A stretch of 64,000 bases of DNA, taken from positions 81,716,001 to 81,780,000 of the forward strand of contig OX597818.1 of NCBI GenBank assembly GCA_951406725.2, given 5' to 3'. Below are positions 52,635 through 64,000 of the stretch, piece by piece. Each line of letters begins with the position of its first letter. Positions within the stretch are counted from its first letter, which is position 1. Both the position numbers and the translations under genes were made by a program. The notes under the pieces are model-generated. The model made no database searches. It was not told where the DNA came from and was given only the letters and a program-made list of their open reading frames with translations. This DNA is from Octopus vulgaris. Lineage: Eukaryota.

Positions 52635-52968
52635 CATCGTTTCTCGAAAAGAAACGGAGAAACTTTCAAAATACAAAGATCTGGAAATAGAGGCTACTCG
52701 AGTGTGGAGCCTATAAGCAGAAGCAATTCCTGTTATAGCTGTCGCATTAGGTATAATAAAAACATTCAAACAAAAACACCCGGACGCACAGGTATATACA
52801 GCATACAGAAAACAGCACTTCTAGGTACCGCATATTTCCTACGTAAGACACTTTCAATACAGTGAAAATAAGAGCACCACAACAAACCACAGCACATACC
52901 CAAGGCACACAGAAAGAGCGCTCGGTAGTGCAATGAAAGCATGTGATAAAAATAACTACTGAATAATA
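52635..52968 (+). mobile_element. 3' end of an RLE non-LTR element in (TAA)n
   Basis: ETEKLSKYKDLEIEATRVWSL*AEAIPVIAVALGII...IQKTALLGTAYFLRKTLSIQ*, 3' UTR, aataataa tail. Confidence 0.8.
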
Positions 52969-53029
52969 AAAAAAAGTATGATGATGATGATAAACAAAAC
53001 CACAAAGATTGACTGTGTCAGAGACCTGT

Positions 53030-53330
53030 AAAATACTGTGAGATTTCCCAACCCAAATCGAACAGGTGTTTCAGCACAAGTCAGACCTTGTAGTGATGGT
53101 GAATGTGATGGCGGGCAAAGTGAAGGCGAAGAGAATAGACATATACAATTTTCTTATATACGAGATAGCTCGACTGTGGAAAATGAGAAAGAGGAAGATA
53201 GTGGCAATTATTGTACTGGTTTTGGGTACGATATCAGAAGTTATTAAGAGGAATATAACATAACCTGGTTATCGACCAATCAGCTTGCAGAAGTATAACT
53301 CTATTGTTATTGGATGTTCTGTCCCATTCC
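53030..53330 (+). mobile_element. Decayed RLE-domain fragment
   Basis: KIL*DFPTQ...HKSDLVV...YEIARLWKM...AIIVLVLGTI. Confidence 0.55.
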
Positions 53331-53777
53331 AGATCTTGCCGGGTAAAAAGGGTGTAAAATGAGCAACATCGCGTTCAAGCATAGCAGAGTGCCAGTGAGA
53401 TGGTTGACTTTACTATACGCAGACAAAGACAGAAAGTACTTAAGAAGACAAAGTTCAGTGCCTGCAGGTCTAAACTAGTTAAATAAATAGTTGAGTATGA
53501 AGAACAGAGTAGTTTTCCCGCCTCTTACGCGAGACTATTCATATCTGTTATTAATATAAATACGAACTACTCAGCTTCTTGCACAATACACTGCTTGCAA
53601 TTATCTATATAATTGTATAAATATTGTGAAATGCGTCTGTAAACATAAAATCATAAACATTGTTTGTCGGTTTTTAATATGGGACAGCATAAAGCCTAAA
53701 GGCTATACCAATATATCAATATCCAATTAACCTTTCTCCACAAATTTATGGCAAAAACTGAAGAAAACATCACTTAC

Positions 53778-53815
53778 CTGTCCAAGAGAAACTAAAAAAT
53801 TCGATGAATGCTTTC
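53778..53815 (-). other. Candidate 38 nt exon (or recursive splice point at 53778)
   Basis: cattttcttCAG|gaaagc...cttggaCAG|GTAAGT: good acceptor and consensus donor. Confidence 0.45.
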
Positions 53816-53945
53816 CTGAAGAAAATGTCTGTCTACAATACTTTTATATTTCCCCAACACACAACCACTTTCGCTATAGCCACCAAAGAGAAAAGCAAAG
53901 GCTGTAACTCTTTTTTTAATGTCAGCTGGTAGGGGTGATACTCAC

Positions 53946-54191
53946 GAAAGATTCAGCTGATTGTGGCATTCATCCTACACGCTGCAACAGCTATAGTTCG
54001 ACAGAATTCCACAAGTCGATATGCTCGGCCACTGGAAGAGTGCGTACAGAGCGGTTTCGTCCTCTTGCATGCATCTTTTACAGTACCGCCTGAAGGCACT
54101 TTGATGCCAGCAGTTCCCTTTGGCGCTGCCAAACCAAAGAATTCTCCATCATTTGATTTCTTCTCTCAATCTTCTTATTCTTAATGCATCA
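53946..54191 (-). other. Candidate 246 nt exon with stops in all frames
   Basis: atattttCAG-type acceptor (aatatttCAG at 54192-54201), donor TTC|GTGAGT (53940-53945); unique balanced-GC sequence. Confidence 0.45.
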
Positions 54192-54967
54192 CTGAAATAT
54201 TGTAAATTTTCTTCAAATATTTATTCATTGAAGCATGATTTGCAAATTATTGGTGAAATTTGGTGAAATATTTGGGAGTAATTAATATTTTTCTGATGGT
54301 GGTGGGGTAGTTAGTTTAATAATATAATGCATTTATTACTCCGCGTTTGTATAAGAGTAGTCTGTTAACTTTCCAGAGCAAATTCGACATCCAGGAGGCT
54401 TAAAAACTTTTACTGAGGTAAAATATTGGTTAGTTTGATTTTAAATCTTATCTCGCAAATAATTTTATAGAAGTTGTTTTGAGATTTGTCATATATAATT
54501 TTAGTTGTTGAAATAAGGAAGGATGATAAAATAGTTCTTTCTCTCTCTCCACTAGTATATATATAAACTGTATTAGTATACATACACACATATATATACT
54601 GATAGTTCTTACGATTTTAATATGTATACAGATCGACTAAAGGATTAACATCCGCAAAGTCCTCCTGGCGTACCAGCATCAACCGCATCAAAAATATCGG
54701 TATGCTGCTTTGGGCGATCTTATATGTGCATACACACACAGACCTATACACAAGCACACACGCACACATTTGGATAGATATTTACATACGTAGATATATA
54801 TGTCTGCATGTGTATGCGTCAATATGTGCCCACGCGCCTGAGTATGTGAGTGCGTGCATGTATGCAAGTGTATGCTTATATATATATATATATATGTCTG
54901 TATTTATCTATGTGCACTTGCGTGCGTATATGTGTGTTTATGTACATTCCTATATATCTATACGTAT

Positions 54968-55033
<66 letters not shown>

Positions 55034-55154
55034 CTATAAGCCAGTTAGTATATGTATTCATCTGACTTTTTCTGTATATATTATATACATAAATCATATA
55101 TATGATATATGATACATGATATACATATAAACACAAACACAGACTCAAGCCCCT

Positions 55155-55210
<56 letters not shown>

Positions 55211-55256
55211 ACAAATATATACATACATAAATGCATGCATCCACACACACACATAC

Positions 55257-55320
<64 letters not shown>

Positions 55321-55525
55321 ATATATATATATAAAGATATATGTATATAGATAACTATGTCATTACAGTATGTGATAGTTATTTGAAAAAAGAGAAATCT
55401 CCACTAATTCTTTTTGCTATCAATATTATCTATCAATATTCATGTGCAGAACTGTCGTTCCAACGCGTTTAATTAAATTTATTTCCTCAAAACTCACAAC
55501 AGCACACACGAAAGCTATTACTTAC

Positions 55526-55600
55526 TCTTAAACGGAGCCGCCATTTCTCAGTGCAAACATCGACACCATATTGATATATTTCGCTTTCGTTAATATAACT
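55526..55600 (-). other. Candidate first exon with start codon (MAAPFK, phase 1)
   Basis: Minus: gagaaATGGCGGCTCCGTTTAAGA|GTAAGT; AAATGGCGGC is a YY1-type motif often overlapping housekeeping start codons; ATG at 55544-55542; 5' end of the exon unknown. Confidence 0.45.
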
Positions 55601-55678
55601 ACCATTCCTTTTTGTTTAGTTCTTTGTTCGCGTTGTTTCCATTGTGATTGCTGTTATTGCTTATTCTTGTTTTATTGC

Positions 55679-55973
<295 letters not shown>

Positions 55974-56271
55974 ACATACATATGTATATATATATATATG
56001 TATATATATGCATGTATATGTATTTCTGCAGTTATTGTATTTGTTGAAAAGATAATAGTCATTGTCATTTTCGGAGTGAGATTCAAAACAAAAGATAGAA
56101 AATATGAAAATATAATAGAAACAATCAGAGACGCTGTTGGCCTTATTTAATTGACTTCGCTGGTGAAGGTTAAAAGATCACCGGAAAACTAATCTTCTGA
56201 ATGCTAGACGACTCTCTTAGTCAAGAGATCAAGGGAAGAAAAATGGTGCATAGATTGTGTAAGAACATCAG

Positions 56272-56404
<133 letters not shown>

Positions 56405-56472
56405 GTATATATATCGCTCTCTCACTCCGTCTGTCTGTCGGTCTGTCTCTATTTCTCTGCCAGTCTGTCTCT

Positions 56473-56557
<85 letters not shown>

Positions 56558-56559
<2 letters not shown>

Positions 56560-56880
56560 TAGATGAGTGTATTTTTACCTTGTTAACAATTAACACAGAA
56601 AAAATAAATAAATAGTTGCCAGGGTAGAAAAAATCTCACAAGTAAAGATGTTGTAACTCCTTGTTTATAAAGGTAGAAACTTTGTGTTTACGTTGAATAT
56701 TTTGAATAATATATGAATAAATAAATGGAGTTTAACGCAGGTGTAATCAAATATTTTACCTTCGACACATGTTTCGAAAATTCCACTGATGCTCTAGTAT
56801 CAGTGGAATTTTCGAAACCTTAGTCGAAAGTAAAAATATTTGATTACACCTGCGTTAAACTCCATTTATTTATTCATATA
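56558..56880 (-). mobile_element. (TA)n-flanked PLE-type terminus with ~80 bp fold-back
   Basis: Arms 56710-56790 / 56799-56880; minus strand carries GAAAC-ATGT-GTC (hammerhead 3' half); ~150 bp unpaired tail. Confidence 0.65.
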
Positions 56881-56881
56881 T

Positions 56882-56920
<39 letters not shown>

Positions 56921-57443
56921 GTGCAACAACTGTGCATAATTTTCTCTCTAGTTTAACTTCCTAGCCACAGTTTCTAGTAACCTATACATAAAAATATGTA
57001 TGTATGCATATATTTATACACATAAACACAGACACACACACACAGACACACACACACACACTCATATATATATATATATATATATATATTGTAACCACGA
57101 AATAGAACACCTTAGGAAAAGAATGAGATATATTTTTAAAAACCTGGTCTGTAGCGTCTTTCAGTTACAGTATTAAAACACCTAATTTCCTACATGTTGC
57201 AATACTTTCTACCTGTATCATAAGCCGGATGAGAAACTTAACTTCGTTAACTTTTCCTCCAATCACCACCACATTCAACTATCTTAAAATCCATTCGTCA
57301 TTAGAGCGTTGTGCTCAACCCCATTGAAACTTCAAGACTTCTGGAAATCCCATGGAAATCCCATGGAAATCAATGTATACAATGAGATTCTTTGCCCTAA
57401 GTGTTGGGACACTCGGCAAGAAATGGAAGCAACATCGAAAGAC

Positions 57444-57474
57444 GATAATAATGATGATGATGATGATGATGATG

Positions 57475-57543
<69 letters not shown>

Positions 57544-57606
57544 ATAATAATACTGATGATAATGATGATGATGATGATGATGATAATGATGATGATGATG
57601 ATGATA

Positions 57607-57644
<38 letters not shown>

Positions 57645-57686
57645 GATGATGATGATGACGACGACGACGACGATGATGATGATGAT

Positions 57687-57718
<32 letters not shown>

Positions 57719-57790
57719 CGACGACGACGACAACGATGACGATGACGACGACGATGACGATGACGATGACGATGATGATGATGATGATAA
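57444..57790. repeat. (GAT)n/(AAT)n/(GAC)n microsatellite
   Basis: Directly visible. Confidence 0.95.
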
Positions 57791-58303
57791 AGACTTCAGA
57801 CAAAGAACATGTCTCCTCTTTGATATGACCGTCCCAATCGATATAAACGTATCTGTCAAGACCTGCCAAAAACTGAGCAAATATAAAGATCTTGAAATAG
57901 AAATCAGCAAAATGTGGAACCTGAAGACTAAAACAATACCTGTTGTCATAGGTGCCCTAGGAATGATAGCAAAAGGGGCTGATTGCTACCTAACTCAAAT
58001 ACCAGGAAACCCCAAAATGGCAGAAATTCAAAAGATAGTGCTCATGGGAACTGCTCATTTCCTATGCAAAATACTTTCTATGTAATCTCAAGTTTTAAAA
58101 CAAACATAATTTTCGTATGTTTTTTTAATTTTTTATTTAAAAAAAATTTTTTTAGACATTCACTAGTACAACATTAAATACGAAACCAAATATATGCCAC
58201 ACTATGCATAACAACAACACGAACTTCCAACCTGTTGTCTCTTGAGGTCTCTGGGTGAGACTTGGAGCCAACTTGTACAAATATAAAGCAAAAGTCAAAC
58301 ATA

Positions 58304-58305
<2 letters not shown>
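57788..58305 (+). mobile_element. 5'-truncated RLE non-LTR element (R4/Dong-like)
   Basis: Uninterrupted TCLLFDMTVPIDINVSVKTCQKLSKYKDLEIEISKMWNLKTKTIPVVIGALG...IQKIVLMGTAHFLCKILSM*, 3' UTR, (TAA)n tail. Confidence 0.9.
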
Positions 58306-58360
<55 letters not shown>

Positions 58361-58361
<1 letters not shown>

Positions 58362-58554
58362 CCTTTCTGCTACTGGCACACGAAGGGGAGGGGACTAGTC
58401 GATAACATCGAAGAAGTGTTTCATTGGTACTTAATTTATCAACCCCGAAACGTGAAATGCAAAGTCGGCCTCGGCAAAATTTGAACTCAGAACATAGTGA
58501 AATACCGTTAAGTATTTTGTTCAGCGTGGTAACGATTCTGCCAGCTCGCCGCCT
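58361..58554 (-). mobile_element. SINE family A within a (TAA)n tail
   Basis: ggtacttaatttatcaaccccgaa...ctgccagctcgccgcc. Confidence 0.8.
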
Positions 58555-58587
58555 TAATAATAAAGATAATAATAATAATGCTAATGT

Positions 58588-58624
<37 letters not shown>

Positions 58625-58654
58625 AATGATGATGATGATGATGGTGACAATGTT

Positions 58655-59268
58655 ATTAATAAAATCAAAACTGTTGAGAAGTGGTCTTAGAGCAACCCTA
58701 AGGTTATAACTGACGAAGAAAATGTAACGATTCTTTGAGACTTTCCAGTACATACGGACAGAACTTTCAAAGCTATTGTTGTGAAAGACCAAAGCAATGA
58801 AGTTTGTTTAGTAATCGATATGAGTATTCCTTGTGTCCATAATATATCGGCAAAAGAATCGACTAGGTAAGAAAATATAAGATTTGTTTATTGAAATCGA
58901 AAAATGTAGTACCTGAAGGCGGTTGCAACACCAGTGATTATAGGAGAACTAGGAATGATCAAAAACATAACTGAACATTATTTCAGAAGAATTCCTGGTT
59001 TACCATCCATACAAGAAGTGCAAATGATTGCTTTAATTGATAAGTTACGTGTATTGAAAAGAGCATTGTCGCTGTGAAAACGGTTACAAGCCATGTAAAA
59101 TTTTTTCTCTTTTCCCTTTCTTTTTCTTTTCCCCTCCCTCCTTTTATTCGTATAATTTAAATTTGGAAGTGGCTTATAAATGTATACACTGACTTTCTTT
59201 TTTACCTTAGGTGTCGAGAAGACACTCGGCAAGAAATGGAAAAAAAATTAAAAGAAAAAGATAATAAT
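58655..59268 (+). mobile_element. 5'-truncated RLE non-LTR element
   Basis: ILWDF-like attctttgagacttt, IVVKDQ..VCLVIDMSIP, TPVIIGELGMI, IPGLPSIQEVQMIAL; 3' UTR ends gacactcggcaagaaatgg (also at 57408-57426). Confidence 0.75.
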
Positions 59269-59269
59269 G

Positions 59270-59484
59270 ATCCTTTCTGCTATAGGCACACGGCCTGAAA
59301 TTTTGGAGAGAAGGGCTAGTCGATTACATCGAGTCCAGTGCGTAACTGGTACTCAATTTATCGACCCCGAAAGGATGAAAGGCAAAGTTAACCTCGGCGA
59401 AATTTGAAATTAGAACGTCAAGACAGACGAAATGCCGCTATGCATATTGCCCGGCGTGCTAACGGTTCAGCAAACTCGCCGCCT
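59270..59484 (-). mobile_element. SINE family A
   Basis: Full head, core and tail B. Confidence 0.85.
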
Positions 59485-59517
59485 TAACTAATAATAATAA
59501 TGATAATGATGATGATG

Positions 59518-59617
<100 letters not shown>

Positions 59618-59639
59618 TAATTTCCACATAAGTCAATAA

Positions 59640-61385
59640 TTTCCACTTATGCAGAAATTATTGACTGGAATAGTTACAGAGTCAATATACAGATATCTGG
59701 CAAAAAAAATGGAATCCTGCCACATGAGCAGAGGGCTTGCAAGTGTAAGTGCAGAGGTAGACAAAACTGTACATACAGACTGCAAAAATAAGAAAATTAA
59801 CTTAGCCATATCATTGATTGATTATCACCATTCGTACGATATGATCCCACATTCTTGGATTATGGAATATATGAACCTATTTGGTATTGCTTCAAATGTT
59901 GAGTGATTGCTTGGAAAAAGTAGGACGGAACTGATAGCTTATGGCAGAAGTTTAAGGACAATAGGAAACAGTTGAAGCATCTTCCAAGGGGACTGCCTTT
60001 CCTTACTGATCTCTGTACTGTACATGTTAACATTAACATAATTCTGAGGAAAGCAGAAGCTGTGTATGTATTCATGAGCTGCCAAGAAAAGATCAACCAC
60101 TTGTTTTTGATGGATGATCACAAACTTTATAGTAAAGATGAATCCTAGTCATTTCCTTCGTTGATACGGCGTATACTTTCAGTGCTGATATCAGATTGGA
60201 ATTCTGACTGAAAAAGTGTGATGTGTTAGTCTTGAAGAGAGGCAAAATCAAATGTATGGACGGGCTAGAGATACCGGCGGGGAGGTTATGAAGGAGATAG
60301 AAGAGATGGGCTATAAGGTCTTGGATATACTGGAAATGAATAAATTGATGGAGAAAGAAATGATAGAAAAATATAAAGTGGAGTAATTGGACAGATTGAA
60401 AGTGATCCTTAAGTCGAAATTGAAAGGACGGAATAAGATTGAAGCTATCAATACCTGAGCGGTTTCACTCCTTAGATATGGAGCAGGGATTATCGCATGA
60501 ACAGTAGACAAACTAAATAGCTTAGACAGAAAGACAATGTCGTTGCTGACTGATATGGGATACTCAACCCCCAAAATGACGCAGACACCTGTATGAACAA
60601 AAAAAAAACAAGAGTGGGAAGAGGATTGATTGGATGTGAACACAGCATTAGAGCAGAAGAAAATAATACAGCAACAATAAATTACATCAAATACAGAATA
60701 GACAACACATCAGAAAAGGACAAGTGTAGAATTTGTGAACAAAATTGTAAAACCGTATGGCGTATTACCAGTCAATAAATGTCACTAGCCCAGAAAGAAT
60801 ATAAGAGATATCAGAACAACACAGCAAGTATTGTCTATTGGATACTTTGTAACATGTATGGACTTGGCAGAGAAAAAGTGGTACGAACATAAACCCGACG
60901 GCATTATCGAAATTGATAATACAAAGATCTTATGGGATTTTATGATTCAGTGCGTCCATGAGATAGAGAATAGGAAGCCAGACATAGTCTTAATTGACAA
61001 AGAAACCAAACTATGCTGGATCATAGATGTAGCATGCCCAGTGGACAAGGTAAGCGATAAGGAAGAAAGAAAAGTAGATGGATATGATAGGTTAGCTTTG
61101 GAGGTTAAGCCGTTGTGGTCGATGAAAAAGATGGTAGTAGTATCAATAATTGTCGGAACCCCGGGAACAATGAGTAAAAATCTTGAGAAGTACATGGAAC
61201 AAATAGGAGTTGCAATAAGGGTGGAGCACTTTCAGAAAACAACACTCATTGGAACCGCTCGCATACACCGGATGGTGCTCGAAGAAATATGGGATGTTTC
61301 CCTATTTCAGTGGTAGTAAACAGTTGACTGTGTAGTACATCTCCAGCGTTAAAAGCTGTGAAAATACATCATAAAATTAATAATA
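59640..61385 (+). pseudogene. RT-CCHC-RLE non-LTR retrotransposon (R4/Dong-like), degenerate
   Basis: DY..SYDMIPHSW, IFQGD, HL..MDD.KL, NKIEAINT*AV, GRGL, DKCRICEQ, KILWDFMIQ...RKPDIVLIDKETKLCWIIDVACP; starts after and ends in (TAA)n. Confidence 0.9.
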
Positions 61386-61454
61386 ATCATCCTTTCTACC
61401 ATAGGCACAAAGCCTATAATAATTATTATTTCTACTATGGATACAAAGCCTGAA

Positions 61455-61785
61455 ACAATATAACATCTCTTCTCGCGGTGTCCTGTGCTGACACCGAACG
61501 AATACAAAAATCGCTACGATAGGGTAGGATAGTATTTGCATTGGAAAATAGCTAAAAGCTACAAAATCAGCACTCCTGCTTACTGGTATGAAGATCATCT
61601 TGAGCCAGTCGTTGAAGGTAAAACTGTCACTATCTTCTGGGGATTTGAAGTCATCACGGACAAAACGATCCCGGCTAATCGACCAGACATAGTAATTAAA
61701 GACTGAGAAGAAAATACTTCTAGACTAATAGATGAAAGTTTTCCCACTGATAAATATATATCTGTAAAGAATTTGACAAATTAAG
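61455..61785 (+). mobile_element. RLE-domain fragment of another family member
   Basis: HLFSRCPVL..EY..RYDRVG*YLHWKI...VTIFWGF...KTIPANRPDIVIKD. Confidence 0.75.
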
Positions 61786-61922
61786 TACTTAATTTATCGA
61801 CTCGGAAAGAATGAGATGCAATGTCGACCTCGGCGGAATTTCAACTAGTAACGTAGTGGCAGACGAAATGCCGCTAAGCTTTTTGCTCGATGTGCTAACG
61901 ATTCTGCCAGCTCACCGCCTTC

Positions 61923-61923
<1 letters not shown>

Positions 61924-61983
<60 letters not shown>

Positions 61984-61997
61984 TGATGATGATGATG

Positions 61998-62049
<52 letters not shown>

Positions 62050-62148
62050 TAATAATAATAATGATGATGATGAGGATGATAATAATAATAATAATAATAA
62101 TAATAATTATTATTATTATTGTTATTATTATTATTATCATCATTATTA

Positions 62149-62202
<54 letters not shown>

Positions 62203-62292
62203 GAAGAAGAAGAAGAAGAAGAAGAAGAAGAAGAAGAAGAAGAAGAAGAAGAAGAAGAAGAAGAAGAAGAAGAAGAAGAAGAAGAAGAAGAA
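61924..62292. repeat. (AAT)n-(ATT)n-(GAA)n compound microsatellite
   Basis: Directly visible. Confidence 0.95.
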
Positions 62293-62299
62293 GGTGAAG

Positions 62300-63890
62300 G
62301 AACAACCTCAGAAAATACCGGAATGGCTCATGGATGTGAAACGGCAAACCCACAAAATTATAGACTGATAACTTGTCTCCCAGCAATTTACAAAGCCTTT
62401 ACTGCAATAATATCGCAGAGAATGGACAAACATCTGGTAAAACAAAACCTGTTTCCAGAAGAGCAGAAGGGATGTTGGAAGGGTTCATACGGATGTAAAG
62501 ATCAGCTATTGATCAATAAAGCCATAACTGAAGACAGTCATAGGAAAAAGAAGGGTCTCAGCCATAGCTCGGATCGGTCATCGAAAGGCTTTTGATAGTA
62601 TTCCCCACATATGGATTCCAGAAACACTTGCCATGAACAAGTTAGCACCCATAATTATAAAATATATAAAACATTCCATGAATAAGTGGCAAACAGTGCT
62701 ACGGCTCCAGACAAAAGACGGTCTCATAAAAATCAAAGCCGACTCCATTAGAAAAGGAATTTTCAGGGAGATGCGCTGTCACCACTCCTTTTATGGTTGG
62801 CTCTGACACCTTTATCTGATATGCTAAATAGAATTGATTGTGGATACAACTGTTACGACAAAACAATCAACCATCTCTTGTATATGGATGATTTAAAACT
62901 GTATGCTACAAATGATAAACAGCTGGAAACATTACTACAGACATTACATGGATTTACCAAAGAAATAAACATGGAATTTGGCTTAGAAAAATGTGCCACA
63001 ACAATTTTGAAAAGAGGAAAACTAGTTAAGAGTAACAGCATCACAGTAAATGAAATAAGAGAATTAGACCAAAGCCAGACATACAACTACTTAGAAATCA
63101 ATGAACTAGATACGATAAAACACACACAAATGAAAGGGAAGATAAGAAAGGAATACTATAGACGAGTTAGATTAATACTGAAAACAGAGCTCAATACGAA
63201 AAAAGAAGATAATTAACATCAATACTCTAGCCATCCCAGTTATAAGTTACTGCTACAATATACTTAAGTGGACTCTAAATGAACTAATCAAAATAGACAG
63301 AAAAAAACAGGAAAAACAATGACAGGATTTAGGATGCACCATCCAAAATCTAACATAGAAAGATTATATATAAAACGTATCGAAGTTGGTAGAGACCCAC
63401 TGCTAGAAAATTATTACAAAATAACCACCATAGGATTACAGAAATACCTACTATAGAAGGAAGGAAAACTGATACAGACAGCCACAAAACACGAACAAAA
63501 CAAAAAAAATGTGTTTTGTCTTTAAGGAATCTGGCAAATACAAGAAAGAAGTCATAGTACCTAACAACTATGAAGAAAAACAGAAATAACAAAAGCTGTA
63601 TAACAACCGAAATCCAAACTAAAACTGGAACAGTAACGGATCATGATATAACGATGACAAAAAAACTCTCCTACCTGGCAAATATTTGGTTAAGCTAAAC
63701 AGAAAAGAAATAGACAAAGTAGAATCACAACAACGGTTGAGAAGCTTATAACTTAACGCAAAGACTGAAGAATTTTTAATTGCAGCACAAGATAAAAGCC
63801 TTCCCACCAGAAATCACCAAAGACACATAAGGAAAAGAAATACAAGTAATTGCAGAATATATGGTGATGGAGAAGAAACAATAAATCATA
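62300..63890 (+). pseudogene. RT of an RLE non-LTR retrotransposon (R4/Dong-like), degenerate
   Basis: NPQNYRLITCLPAIYK, EQKGC.KGSYGCKDQLLINKAI, KAFDSIPH, FQGDALSP, HLLYMDDLKLY, FGLEKC, MHHPKSNIERLY, TEEFLIAAQD, NCRI..EETINH. Confidence 0.9.
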
Positions 63891-64000
63891 AAACAGCTCC
63901 TACAAAAAGTTCGTCTCTTAGGCATAGTAAGGATTATCAGAAGGGTTCTAAGCACTTGCAAGACTGCTGAAAATTTGTGGACACCTAAGGTTACATCCAC

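Noticed and set aside
57309-58085. 258 aa poly-Asp/Asn protein
   Set aside because: Chance in-frame fusion of a 3' UTR, a microsatellite and a retrotransposon RLE C-terminus

Overview
AT-rich, extremely microsatellite-rich metazoan DNA. The repeat repertoire (tRNA-derived SINEs with a Nin/Deu-like domain, (TA)n/(TACA)n/(TATC)n/(TAA)n tracts) most resembles an octopus or other coleoid cephalopod genome; this is inference, no database was searched. Most ORFs in the supplied track are microsatellite artefacts, and no intact protein-coding gene is evident. Supported content: (1) many copies of at least 4 SINE families; (2) degenerate RT plus restriction-like-endonuclease non-LTR retrotransposons (R4/Dong-like) in (TAA)n tracts, with a co-oriented pile-up at 57-64 kb; (3) Penelope-like element (PLE) remnants with RT-thumb and GIY-YIG fragments; (4) short non-coding, (TA)n-flanked PLE-type termini built as fold-back inverted repeats, several carrying minimal hammerhead-ribozyme motifs; (5) DNA transposons: an internally deleted Chapaev3 with TIRs and TTA TSD, a piggyBac transposase pseudogene, mariner and hAT-like pieces; (6) minus-strand splice signals suggesting the 5' end of a host transcript near 55.5 kb (ATGGCGGCT...|GTAAGT) whose introns would contain most of the window. 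Coordinates were read by eye and may be off by a few bases; element boundaries without TIR/TSD are approximate.
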